Below the pieces are notes generated by a model, which was not told the DNA's origin, did not search any database, and was given only the letters and a program-made list of their open reading frames with translations. Positions 45,721-55,170 of a DNA stretch of 64,000 nt are shown piece by piece. A program made the position numbers and the translations under genes. The stretch's first letter is position 1. Each line of letters opens with the position of its first letter. This DNA is from an uncultured Pelagibacteraceae bacterium (GTDB lineage Bacteria; Pseudomonadota; Alphaproteobacteria; Pelagibacterales; Pelagibacteraceae), in NCBI GenBank assembly GCA_902560245.1, contig CACELK010000008.1, forward strand, positions 4,459 through 68,458, in the 5' to 3' direction.

Positions 45721-45951
45721 ATGAAAAAAGACATTCATCCAAAGTATCATAAAATAAAAGTTGAAATGACAGATGGTAGCCAATTTGAAACTAAATCAAC
45801 ATGGGGATCTGAGGGTGAAGTTTTAAAACTAGAAATTGATCCTAAATCCCATTCTGCATGGACTGGTGGAAAACAAAAACTTTTAGATAAAGGTCGAGTA
45901 AGTAAATTCAATAAAAAATTTCAGAATTTTAGAGTAGAAAAGAAAAACTAA
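45721..45951 (+). CDS. rpmE: 50S ribosomal protein L31 (cysteine-free type)
   Basis: [14 protein letters not shown] and GRV.KF.KKF motifs. Confidence 0.96.
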   Translation: MKKDIHPKYHKIKVEMTDGSQFETKSTWGSEGEVLKLEIDPKSHSAWTGGKQKLLDKGRVSKFNKKFQNFRVEKKN

Positions 45952-46521
45952 ATGTCAAACGCTCCTTTAATGCCAATGGCAACTGCTGTTTGGTTAGTAG
46001 AAAATACCACTTTAACATTTAAACAAATTGCAGAATTCTGTAAAATGCATGAAGTTGAAATTCAAGGAATTGCAGACGGAGAGGTTGCTAAAGGTATAAT
46101 TGCATACAATCCAATTATATCTGGACAACTTTCAAGAGAGGAAATTGAACTCTCTTCAAAAGATGAGAATAGACCTTTAAAAATACAAACAACTGATGTT
46201 CAGATTTCCTCTGAAACAAAAAAAATTAAAAAGTATGTTCCTTTGTCAAAAAGACAGGATAAACCAGACTCAGCACTTTGGTTATTGAAAAATCATTCAA
46301 TCTTGAAAGACTCTCAAATTGCCAAGTTAGTTGGAATAACCAAAAACTCAGTTGTTGCAATCAGAAATAAAAGTTATTGGAATTATAACAACTTAAATCC
46401 TAAAGACCCTGTAGCAATGAATTTATTTTCACAAAAAGAATTAACAGAGGCAATAGAAAAAGCAGAAAGAAGAATAAAAAGAGAAAAAAAGGAAAAAGAA
46501 AAGGCTAAACAATCCCATTAG
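45952..46521 (+). CDS. trcR: DUF1013 / TrcR-like transcription regulator
   Basis: PLMPMATAVWLVENT.LTF.QIA.FC and SKRQDKP motifs. Confidence 0.88.
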   Translation: MSNAPLMPMATAVWLVENTTLTFKQIAEFCKMHEVEIQGIADGEVAKGIIAYNPIISGQLSREEIELSSKDENRPLKIQTTDVQISSETKKIKKYVPLSKRQDKPDSALWLLKNHSILKDSQIAKLVGITKNSVVAIRNKSYWNYNNLNPKDPVAMNLFSQKELTEAIEKAERRIKREKKEKEKAKQSH

Positions 46522-46595
46522 AATAATAGATATGATGAAATTTTATAGACATAAAAAATATAAAGTGTTAACTAGTCACTTTTTTGGAGGTATTT

Positions 46596-46790
46596 ATTAA
46601 AATAGAAGTTAAAGATAATAATGTTGAACAAGCTCTAAGAGTTTTAAAAAGAAAACTTCAAAGAGATGGTTTTTTTAAAATAATAAAATTGAAAAATACT
46701 TATGAAAAGCCATCTGAAAAAAAAAAGAGAATTCAACAAGAAAATATCAAAAGAGTTAAAAAACTTAATAAACTAAAAAATAGAATTTAA
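46596..46790 (+). CDS. rpsU: 30S ribosomal protein S21 (proposed ATT start 46596; track uses TTG 46584)
   Basis: V.DNNVEQALRVLKRK and YEKPSEK motifs; GGAGG at 46586-46590. Confidence 0.93.
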   Translation: MKIEVKDNNVEQALRVLKRKLQRDGFFKIIKLKNTYEKPSEKKKRIQQENIKRVKKLNKLKNRI

Positions 46791-46794
46791 ATAT

Positions 46795-46871
<77 letters not shown>

Positions 46872-46892
46872 AATATATATTTTAAATATTTT

Positions 46893-48002
46893 TTATATTT
46901 TCTCTATCAAGTTAATAAAATTTTGTGAATTATCTTTTTGATAGTTTTTTTTTACATACCAATAAGAATTTTCAATTTTTTTTTTTATTTCTTTCGATTT
47001 AAGATTGAGTCTTCTTAACATTAGATATAATTCATTAAATTTTTCAACTTTAAAAAGAATTCCACCTTTTCCATTTTGAAGAATTTCCTTAGGTCCTACT
47101 TTACAATCTGAGGAGATTATTAATTTTTTCAAGCAAGCTGTCTCGAGCAATATATTAGGGTTACCCTCATACTTTGAGGTTAAGACCTTAACATCGCTTA
47201 AGAAAATATATTTAAAAGGATTAGAAGTGTAAGGTATTATTTTAACAAAATTGTTTATGTTTTCTTTTTGAATAAAATTGACTAATTTTTTTTTTTCATT
47301 TCCTCTTCCAAGAATTAATAACCTTGCTTTTTTATATCTTAATAACTTGGTAAATGCTTTTAATAATGTTATTTGATCTTTTTCAAAACTTAATCTACCG
47401 ACATTTATAATTTTAAGTCCTTTGAATTTTTTAAAAAAATTAAAATTAATTTTCATTTTTGATTTTATTTTAATATTATTAATATCCAAGCTTTGTTTGT
47501 GAATTTCACAATCTAATCCAAAGTACTTTTTCATTTCTTTTTTAAAGTCTTTTGATGTTACTAGTATTAAATCGCTCAAAGAATAAAAAAATTTATAAAA
47601 AATCATTTTAAAACTATTATTAATATATTTTGAAGGCGCTTGATTGCATCGAATTATTATTTTTCTACCTAAGATTTTTGCTGCTATTATGGATAAAATA
47701 TTTCCTTGGAAAGAAATTATTATACCCTTCTGATTAAATGATGAAATTAATAGTCTTATAAAACAAAAAAAATACTTTATAAATCTATGTGTTATGCCAG
47801 GTATAAGTTTAGCAGTAACTACATTAATATTTCTATGAAAATAAAATTTATCTCTAAACTCTTTTCTGTATGTATTGTCTTCATAAGTGAAAAAGTTAAT
47901 TTTATACTTATTTTTTGCTAAAGAATTAACCAAAGAAAACAAATTTTTTTCTAAACCCCCTCCCTCTATAGAAGGATAAAAAAAGTTGAAACTTTTGCTC
48001 AT
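46893..48002 (-). CDS. GT4 (GT-B) glycosyltransferase
   Basis: GGGLEK, VGRLSFEKD and EGNPNILLE (EX7E) motifs. Confidence 0.9.
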   Translation of the reverse strand: MSKSFNFFYPSIEGGGLEKNLFSLVNSLAKNKYKINFFTYEDNTYRKEFRDKFYFHRNINVVTAKLIPGITHRFIKYFFCFIRLLISSFNQKGIIISFQGNILSIIAAKILGRKIIIRCNQAPSKYINNSFKMIFYKFFYSLSDLILVTSKDFKKEMKKYFGLDCEIHKQSLDINNIKIKSKMKINFNFFKKFKGLKIINVGRLSFEKDQITLLKAFTKLLRYKKARLLILGRGNEKKKLVNFIQKENINNFVKIIPYTSNPFKYIFLSDVKVLTSKYEGNPNILLETACLKKLIISSDCKVGPKEILQNGKGGILFKVEKFNELYLMLRRLNLKSKEIKKKIENSYWYVKKNYQKDNSQNFINLIEKI

Positions 48003-48032
48003 TAAAAAATTATCGAATTTTAAAGGTTATTA

Positions 48033-49430
48033 CTAATCTAAATTCTTTGTAATGTCTTCAGTCATTTTTTTTGCGTCTGAAAACAACATTAAAGTATTAT
48101 CTCTATAAAATAAATCATTATCTATTCCTGCATACCCGGGTGAGAGACTTCTTTTAACAAATAAAACTGACTTAGATTTCTCAACATCTAATATTGGCAT
48201 TCCATAAATAGGACTTTGTGGATCTGTTTTTGCTACAGGATTTGTTACATCGTTTGCTCCAATAACATATGCGACATCGCAATTGGCAAAATCACTATTA
48301 ATTTCCTCGAGCTCAAATACTTCGTCATAAGGAACATTTGCCTCTGCAAGTAAAACATTCATGTGACCTGGCATTCTTCCGGCAACCGGATGAATTGCAT
48401 AAGAAACTTTCACTCCATTTTTTTTTAGCGCATCAACCATTTCTCTTAATGCATGTTGTGCTTGTGCAACTGCCATACCATATCCAGGCACAATAATCAC
48501 TGAAGAAGCGTTTTTCATTAAAAACGCGGCATCATCAGCATTTCCGTTTTTAACAGGTTTTTGTTCTTTACTTTTTGAAGATGAATTTTGATCAGTACCT
48601 CCAAAGCCTCCTAAAATTACGCTGAAAAATGAACGATTCATCCCCTTGCACATTATATAAGATAATATTGCTCCAGAAGATCCAACCAATGCTCCTGTAA
48701 TTATCAGAGCAGTATTTTCTAACGTAAAACCGATGCCAGCTGCAGCCCAACCTGAATACGAATTTAACATTGAAATAACAACGGGCATATCTGCTCCACC
48801 AATTGGTATTATTAATAAAATTCCTAATAAAAAGGATATAATGATAATTAACCAAAAAAAATTAGCTGTCTGTGTTTTACAAAGAAAAAAAATTAATATT
48901 ATTGTTGTCAAACCAAGTGCTAAATTAACAAAATGTTGAGCTATAAATGTTATAGGGTTTCCTGACATTATTCCTCTAAGCTTCAAAAAAGCTATTATAG
49001 ATCCAGTAAATGTTATGGCTCCAATAGAAGCGCCCAAAGACATTTCTATTAAACTTGCAATTTTAATATTTTTCGGAGAGCCTAAATTAAAAACTTCAGG
49101 ATTTAAAAAAGCTGAAATCGCAACAAAAACTGCTGCTAATCCAACCAAACTATGAAAGCCAGCTACAAGCTCTGGCATAGCCGTCATAGGTATTTTAAAA
49201 GCAATAAATGCCCCTATTGATCCACCAATTAATAAGAAGATTAAAAGATAGAAAAAGCCTGTAGAAAAATTTCCAATAGAAAGGAAAGTAACACTAATAG
49301 CAATCGCCATACCTATTATGCCAAACAAATTTCCAGTTCTAGATGTTTCTGGTGATGAAAGTCCTCTTAAGGCTAAAATAAATAAAACCCCAGAAATTAA
49401 ATAAAATACTGCTAATAAGTTTGCGGACAT
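48033..49430 (-). CDS. pntB: NAD(P) transhydrogenase beta subunit
   Basis: MPELVAGFHS, NSYSG, HPVAGRMPG and GANDVTNP motifs. Confidence 0.98.
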   Translation of the reverse strand: MSANLLAVFYLISGVLFILALRGLSSPETSRTGNLFGIIGMAIAISVTFLSIGNFSTGFFYLLIFLLIGGSIGAFIAFKIPMTAMPELVAGFHSLVGLAAVFVAISAFLNPEVFNLGSPKNIKIASLIEMSLGASIGAITFTGSIIAFLKLRGIMSGNPITFIAQHFVNLALGLTTIILIFFLCKTQTANFFWLIIIISFLLGILLIIPIGGADMPVVISMLNSYSGWAAAGIGFTLENTALIITGALVGSSGAILSYIMCKGMNRSFFSVILGGFGGTDQNSSSKSKEQKPVKNGNADDAAFLMKNASSVIIVPGYGMAVAQAQHALREMVDALKKNGVKVSYAIHPVAGRMPGHMNVLLAEANVPYDEVFELEEINSDFANCDVAYVIGANDVTNPVAKTDPQSPIYGMPILDVEKSKSVLFVKRSLSPGYAGIDNDLFYRDNTLMLFSDAKKMTEDITKNLD

Positions 49431-49432
49431 TT

Positions 49433-49747
49433 TTATTTATTTATCTTTCTTTTTTTTTTTTTATACATTGCTAGCATTCTTTGAGTTACTAGAAAGCCTC
49501 CAAATATATTTACTGCAGCCAAAATAATAGCTAAAAAACCAAAAATATTAGCTGTATTAAAAATAGTTTCATTATTTCCAGCTAAAGAAGCAATTATAGC
49601 TCCAACAATAATTACAGATGAAATTGCGTTAGTTACTGACATTAGCGGAGTATGTAGAGAAGGAGTCACGCTCCAAACAACGTAATATCCAACAAATATA
49701 GATAATATAAAAATACTTAATCTGAATATAAAAGGGTCAATTTCCAT
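49433..49747 (-). CDS. pntAB: NAD(P) transhydrogenase alpha subunit part 2
   Basis: LHTPLMSVTNAIS and GGFLVTQRML motifs. Confidence 0.96.
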   Translation of the reverse strand: MEIDPFIFRLSIFILSIFVGYYVVWSVTPSLHTPLMSVTNAISSVIIVGAIIASLAGNNETIFNTANIFGFLAIILAAVNIFGGFLVTQRMLAMYKKKKRKINK

Positions 49748-49750
49748 AGT

Positions 49751-50839
49751 CTATTTTACCAGTGTGTTTTTTATTATTTCATCATCCATATTAATATTTA
49801 TTTTTTTCTCATTTTTATTATAAAGATTTGCAACAAAGTTAAATAAATTTTTTGCATACAGGCTTGAGGAAGAAACGGGTAATTTATTTAAAATATTTCT
49901 TTCTCCCATTATTTTAACCCCTTTTTTATCTACAATTTCATCAGCTTCTGTAAATTCTGTATTTCCTCCTTGAGAGGCTGCTAAATCATATATTATTGAG
50001 CCTGACTGCATATTATCTATCATGTTAGCTTTAATTATGACCGGAGCTTTTTTTCCTGGAATTAAAGCTGTACAAATAACAATATCAATTTTTTTTAAAG
50101 TTTCTGCTAAAAGATCTTCTTGCTTTTTTTTAAATTCATCTGAAGCTTCCTTTGCATAACCACCTTCGGTCTCAAGATTTTCTGCGCCCTCGACAGTTAG
50201 GAATTTTCCTCCTAAACTTTCTACTTGTTCCTTTGATGCCAATCTAACGTCAGTTGCATACACAATAGCTCCCATCCTTTTTGCAGTCGCAATAGCTTGC
50301 AAACCAGCTACACCAGCACCAACAACTAAAATTTTTGCTGCTGGTATTGTGCCTGCTGCTGTCATCATCATTGGTATTGCTTTTTCAAAATTTGCAAAAG
50401 ATTCTATTACAGCTTTATAACCTGCTAAATTTGCTTGCGAAGAAAGTATATCCATCGATTGGGCTCTAGTAATTCTTGGTAGAAGTTCCAAAGAAAAAAT
50501 ATTTAATTTAATTGAATTAAGTTTTTTTATTTGATCTTTATTTTGATGATAATTAAAAGAACCAATTAGCGTTTGATTTTCTTTCAAATATGAAATTTTG
50601 TTATCATCTAATAAACCGTGCTGGAGAATTATATCTGAGTTTTTAATCAACTCATTCTCATCGTTAATAATTTTTGCACCTAATTCATTAAATAATGAAT
50701 CATCAAATCCTAAATGCGTTGCATAATTTTTTACTAGGTGAATTTCAAATCCTAAATTTAAATATTTTTTTACAATTTCTGGTGTTACTGCTACTCTTTT
50801 TTCTATTTTTTTATTTTCAAAAGTTGAACCGATAATCAT
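49751..50839 (-). CDS. pntAA: NAD(P) transhydrogenase alpha subunit part 1
   Basis: PRITRAQSMD, GAGVAGL and TALIPG motifs. Confidence 0.96.
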   Translation of the reverse strand: MIIGSTFENKKIEKRVAVTPEIVKKYLNLGFEIHLVKNYATHLGFDDSLFNELGAKIINDENELIKNSDIILQHGLLDDNKISYLKENQTLIGSFNYHQNKDQIKKLNSIKLNIFSLELLPRITRAQSMDILSSQANLAGYKAVIESFANFEKAIPMMMTAAGTIPAAKILVVGAGVAGLQAIATAKRMGAIVYATDVRLASKEQVESLGGKFLTVEGAENLETEGGYAKEASDEFKKKQEDLLAETLKKIDIVICTALIPGKKAPVIIKANMIDNMQSGSIIYDLAASQGGNTEFTEADEIVDKKGVKIMGERNILNKLPVSSSSLYAKNLFNFVANLYNKNEKKININMDDEIIKNTLVK

Positions 50840-50888
50840 AAGTAAATATTATATCAACAAAACTTTAATCAAAGCTTAAATATATAGA

Positions 50889-50905
50889 TGCGACAGTTCC
50901 CCACA
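50889..50905. promoter_or_regulatory. GC-rich imperfect palindrome upstream of pntA (RegA/RegR-box-like, or a small RNA stem)
   Basis: TGCGAC-AGTTC-CCCACA compared with consensus GCGNC-N5-GNCGC; extended -10 TGATATAAT at 50856-50848. Confidence 0.4.
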
Positions 50906-50909
50906 AAAA

Positions 50910-51035
50910 TTATTTTTGCCTTGCTTTAAATTTTGGATTTTTTTTATTAATTATATAAACTCTACCTCTTCTCCTAACCATTTTCGAGTTAAGGTCTCTT
51001 GTTTTCAAAGATTTTAATGAACTCTTTATTTTCAT
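50910..51035 (-). CDS. rpmJ: 50S ribosomal protein L36 (cysteine-free type), 41 aa, missing from the ORF track
   Basis: Manual translation [41 protein letters not shown]. Confidence 0.96.
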   Translation of the reverse strand: MKIKSSLKSLKTRDLNSKMVRRRGRVYIINKKNPKFKARQK

Positions 51036-51044
51036 AATTTAATA

Positions 51045-51160
51045 GCCTGGCAACGACCTACTCTTCCGTGCCTTAAGACAAAGTACCATCGGCGCTGAAA
51101 GGCTTGACTTCCGAGTTCGGAATGGGATCGGGTATTACACTTTCGCAATAATCACCAGGC
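51045..51160 (-). rRNA. rrf: 5S rRNA, unlinked from 16S/23S
   Basis: GCCTGGTG...CCCGATCCCATTCCGAACTCGGAAGTCAAGC...GCCGATGGTAC...GAGTAGGTCGTTGCCAGGC; the two ends pair. Confidence 0.97.
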
Positions 51161-51166
51161 AAAAGG

Positions 51167-51194
51167 TTTATACTTTAAAAAACGGTAATGTAAA
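51167..51194 (-). promoter_or_regulatory. Dedicated promoter of the 5S gene
   Basis: TTTACA-N16-TATAAA ending 6 nt before the 5S 5' end. Confidence 0.6.
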
Positions 51195-51247
51195 GAGTAA
51201 AGAAATATCACAAAAGTTAAATTTAATTGTTAGAAATTAACAGTATA

Positions 51248-52666
51248 TCAATTAATCTTATTAAAATATTTTTTTTTTAACTCTGAAAAACCCATCGAAA
51301 AAAATAGACTTAAACTTATCATACAAGGAGAAAAATATTTTGGGTTTCCCCACATGCCAGAAATTAAAACAAAATATAATATTGAAAAAATGTTAAATAA
51401 TAAAAATTTATCAAATTCGGTATACTTTTTTTTTATAAATATTTTATTAAAAAATTTAAATACTCCAACAATTACGAAAACATAAATAAAGACAGAATAA
51501 GGTACATTTTTTAGTAAACCTTTTTGGTAATATTTTTTAGGGTCCTTTTTAATCTCTGGATTAGTTCTGTCATGACTAAAATGATTATGAACCCATTTAG
51601 GATGTATTATACACATTACAATAATTCTTTTTATAACTTTTCCTATAAAGTAACTTGGATTGTTTAAAACTTCTCTTAGAAATATTTTATTTCTATACTT
51701 AATATTTTTATTTAAATCATTAATAACATTTATATCAATTTTATTTTCTTTTATCCAAATTTTTTCTTCCTCTAAAAGAATTTTTTTTGCTTGTGATTTT
51801 GAAATTTTTTTTTTGTCCGCAAGAAGACTAGGAGCAAAATAATGATAATAAGAATAATACTGGTGAATATACGAAAGGAAAAAAAAACTATCTGTTTTTT
51901 TATAGTTATTATAACCGATTGATAAAATTATAAATAAATAGCCTACTAGAATTAAAGAAAAAACTTTTATTTTTTTTTCGTATACTAACATTACATATAA
52001 AAAAACTGGCAGAATATATAAAAAACTAACTGCTCTCTGCGCAAACATCAGACCTATAATTATCCCAATTAATATATTTATAAAATTTCTAGTAGATTTT
52101 TTTAACAACAGTGAAAAAAGAATTAACATTAAAGATAAAAATATACTTTCACTCCAAAATGACGAATGCCATTGCAATAGACTTGGTTCTAAAGCTAAAA
52201 AAAAAAGTATTAATAAATATAAATTGTAGCTAATTTTTTTTTTTAATTCTCTTGAGAAAAAAAATAATGAACTATAATAAAATAAAATTTGAAATATTAA
52301 TAATCCAAATTTATAATTTTTCTCTTTGATTACATTTTGAGATTTATGGTCTTTATGTTCAAAAATTTCTTTATCTATTATATAATAATAAAATCCAACA
52401 ATTATAGAGGGCAATAAGAATCTTTTATATTCTGGAATAGATTCGGTAAATTGTTTTTTTTCCAAATTTTTTTTAACTTCATCTGCAGTTGACCATGTTG
52501 CATATAAATCAGCATATAATAATTGATTATAAAATTTACCCTCATAATTAATTTTAAGTTTGTCGAATGTTTTAAGATTATATAAGCCCCAAAAAATACT
52601 GAGTAATACTGCTATAAAAATAATTATATAATCAATTCTATAATTTTTAAATTTATTAATTATCAT
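51248..52666 (-). CDS. Polytopic membrane protein, probable GT-C (ArnT/PMT-like) glycosyltransferase
   Basis: TM1 followed by an acidic loop (YADL), EPSLLQW..FWSES motif and C-terminal PKYF.P. Confidence 0.55.
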   Translation of the reverse strand: MIINKFKNYRIDYIIIFIAVLLSIFWGLYNLKTFDKLKINYEGKFYNQLLYADLYATWSTADEVKKNLEKKQFTESIPEYKRFLLPSIIVGFYYYIIDKEIFEHKDHKSQNVIKEKNYKFGLLIFQILFYYSSLFFFSRELKKKISYNLYLLILFFLALEPSLLQWHSSFWSESIFLSLMLILFSLLLKKSTRNFINILIGIIIGLMFAQRAVSFLYILPVFLYVMLVYEKKIKVFSLILVGYLFIILSIGYNNYKKTDSFFFLSYIHQYYSYYHYFAPSLLADKKKISKSQAKKILLEEEKIWIKENKIDINVINDLNKNIKYRNKIFLREVLNNPSYFIGKVIKRIIVMCIIHPKWVHNHFSHDRTNPEIKKDPKKYYQKGLLKNVPYSVFIYVFVIVGVFKFFNKIFIKKKYTEFDKFLLFNIFSILYFVLISGMWGNPKYFSPCMISLSLFFSMGFSELKKKYFNKIN

Positions 52667-53601
52667 TTATGTTCTTTTAAAAAACTTTTATAAGTTTTTA
52701 AAATTGAACTATTGAGATTAGTCTTAGGTTTCCAGCCATATTTTTTAGCAAGATTAATATTCATCACTTTCCTCGGGGTGCCATTAGGTTTTGTTTTATC
52801 AAAAATAATTTTTACATCTGTAGTTGGGTTAATTATTTTTATCATAATTTTAGCGTATTCTTTTACAGAATAATCTTTGCCTGTGCCGATATTTATCAAA
52901 TTTTCTTTTACCTTCTTATTCATAAAATGAATACAAGCATCAGCAATGTCATCAACATATATCACTTCTCTCTTAGCTGATCCATTCCCCCAAAGAACTA
53001 AATTTTTTTTCTTCTTAACTTTTAATTTATGAATTTTTTTAATCAATGCAGGAAAGAAATGTGAGTCTAGATCATCATAATTATCATTAGGTCCATAAGT
53101 ATTAGTAGGCATGAGGCATTTATAATTAGTCTTATACTGTTGATTATAACTTTCACACATTTTTATTCCTGCAATTTTAGCAATCGCATATGCATCATTT
53201 GTTTTCTCTAGTTTACCGTTTAACAAATAGTCTTCTTTCATGGGTTGTTTACAATCTCTAGGGTATACGCAGCTTGAACCTAAAAAAATTAAATCTTTAA
53301 TTCCACATACATGTGCGGAATTAATAATATTTAATTGTATAGACAAATTACTATAAATAAATTCTGCTTTATATCTTTGATTTGAGTAAATTCCGCCAAC
53401 TTTTGCAGCAGCGATAAAAATAAAATTTGGTTTTTTTTTTTTTATAAAAGCTAGAACTTTAGATTGATTTGTTAAATCTAATTTTCCTCTATCAGCTGTA
53501 ATAATATTTTTATATCCTTTTTTTTTTAATTTTCTTAAAATTGCACTTCCTACAAGACCATTATGGCCTGCAACAAAAATTTTAGATTTTTTTTTAATCA
53601 T
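52663..53601 (-). CDS. fcl: GDP-L-fucose synthase
   Basis: AGHNGLVGSA, AAKVGGI, GSSCVYP and YAIAK motifs. Confidence 0.96.
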   Translation of the reverse strand: MIKKKSKIFVAGHNGLVGSAILRKLKKKGYKNIITADRGKLDLTNQSKVLAFIKKKKPNFIFIAAAKVGGIYSNQRYKAEFIYSNLSIQLNIINSAHVCGIKDLIFLGSSCVYPRDCKQPMKEDYLLNGKLEKTNDAYAIAKIAGIKMCESYNQQYKTNYKCLMPTNTYGPNDNYDDLDSHFFPALIKKIHKLKVKKKKNLVLWGNGSAKREVIYVDDIADACIHFMNKKVKENLINIGTGKDYSVKEYAKIMIKIINPTTDVKIIFDKTKPNGTPRKVMNINLAKKYGWKPKTNLNSSILKTYKSFLKEHK

Positions 53602-53603
53602 AT

Positions 53604-54275
53604 TTATTTATAATTTTTTCCAATAAAGCTTAGAATGCCAATTAGTATAAAAAAACCATCTTTTAGGGCGTTTACTTTTTTATATCCTGCAATCCTGGAT
53701 CTTTCGTAACTTGGCAGGCATAAATATTTAAAATTCATTTTTTTTGCTTTAATAGGAATTTCAACACATAATCTAAAATCTTTACTTTTTAAGTTCATTT
53801 TTTTAAATGATGAAGTTTTACCTAAAATGTACGTATACAAAATATCTGAAATTTTTAAATTAAAAAGAAAATTTCCTAAAAAAGTAAAAATTTTATTTCC
53901 AACTAAAGTAACTATTGTATCGTCGTCACTTCCCGCACTTTTTAAATACCTGGAAGCAAATACGAAATCATTATTCTTACAACTTTCCAACATTTCATTA
54001 AGATAGCTTGGATCCATAGAACCATCTGCATTTATAATACAAGAGAACTCTGTATTTGAGTTGTTTATTCCATCTATAAGAGCATTTCCATAACCATTTT
54101 CTTTTTGGAATATAATTTTAACTTTTTCTGACATTTCTATTGTTTTATAGTTATCTTGATCGTTTTTGGATGCAACAATCAGAATATTGCAATCATATTT
54201 TTTTAATTCTTCTAAAAATATTGGAAGAGACTCGGACTCGTCTTTTGCTGGTATTATTAAAGTTAAATTTTTCAA
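53604..54275 (-). CDS. GT2 glycosyltransferase, DPM1/polyprenol-phosphate-sugar synthase-like
   Basis: IIPAKDE, GYGNAL, NADGS and ASRY motifs; TTG start. Confidence 0.8.
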   Translation of the reverse strand: MKNLTLIIPAKDESESLPIFLEELKKYDCNILIVASKNDQDNYKTIEMSEKVKIIFQKENGYGNALIDGINNSNTEFSCIINADGSMDPSYLNEMLESCKNNDFVFASRYLKSAGSDDDTIVTLVGNKIFTFLGNFLFNLKISDILYTYILGKTSSFKKMNLKSKDFRLCVEIPIKAKKMNFKYLCLPSYERSRIAGYKKVNALKDGFFILIGILSFIGKNYK

Positions 54276-54402
54276 TAGTAAAATGTTTCTTTATATATCT
54301 ATATATATATATTTGATTTTCAAGAATTTTTATTTCTGTAAAAAATGAGCATAATAAACAATTTCAAAATAAAATTAAAATTTATTAATTAAATTTTTTA
54401 TT

Positions 54403-55158
54403 TTAAAATGTTTTTTTTAAGTAATTTAAAGATAGCAAAAATAAATGCAAAATAGACTTTGAAAAATTAAACTTAAGATAAGTATTATAAACCCTAAAAC
54501 CATCTTTTAATTTTTGTAATGGATTAGATGAAAGAGAGTTGTCGAGTTTTCTCCAATTTGTTAAATTTTCTTTTAAACCATAAAAAACAATTTTGTTTTT
54601 AGATAATTTTATCCATAAAACATAGTCTTCCTTTGTTTTTAAATCAGGGAACTTGATAATCTTTTTAATCTTTTTATTTTTTCTTAAAATAACTGTAGAT
54701 AAACCAATATCGCAAGAAAAAATTAGATCATTAAAATCTATTTTTTTTTTAGCATATCTTAAACCAGTTACATTTCCAATTTCATCAATAATGCTATAAG
54801 TAGTAAAAGATGCTTCTATTTTTTTTTTATTCATAAATTTTATTTGTTTTTTTAACTTATTTTTTTTCCATACATCATCACTATCAATAAATGCTAAAAA
54901 TTCACCCTCGCTTTTTTTTATACCTAAATTCCTTGCTGCTCCTGCTCCATGGGTTTTCTTATTGATATATAAATGAACATTTTTCTTTTTATTAATAGTA
55001 TTTTTAATAAAATTTAAGTCAGACAAATCCTCATCATCATAGATAATTATAATTTCTTTTTTTTTATAGCTTTGATTGTATGCTGAATAAAATGTTTCAA
55101 AAAAAAACTCTTTTTTTTTAAAGTATGGAATAATTATTGAAACTAAATTTTTTTTCAT
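54403..55158 (-). CDS. GT2 glycosyltransferase (TuaG-like)
   Basis: ARNLG, FIDSDDVW..KL and EDYVLW motifs. Confidence 0.88.
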   Translation of the reverse strand: MKKNLVSIIIPYFKKKEFFFETFYSAYNQSYKKKEIIIIYDDEDLSDLNFIKNTINKKKNVHLYINKKTHGAGAARNLGIKKSEGEFLAFIDSDDVWKKNKLKKQIKFMNKKKIEASFTTYSIIDEIGNVTGLRYAKKKIDFNDLIFSCDIGLSTVILRKNKKIKKIIKFPDLKTKEDYVLWIKLSKNKIVFYGLKENLTNWRKLDNSLSSNPLQKLKDGFRVYNTYLKFNFSKSILHLFLLSLNYLKKTF

Positions 55159-55170
55159 AAAATTTTTAAA

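Noticed and set aside
49433-50839. pntA split into two ORFs as a possible pseudogene
   Set aside because: A split alpha subunit is the normal alphaproteobacterial arrangement.
54290-54312. (TA)n run in the island intergenic gap
   Set aside because: Short, interrupted and expected at this AT content.
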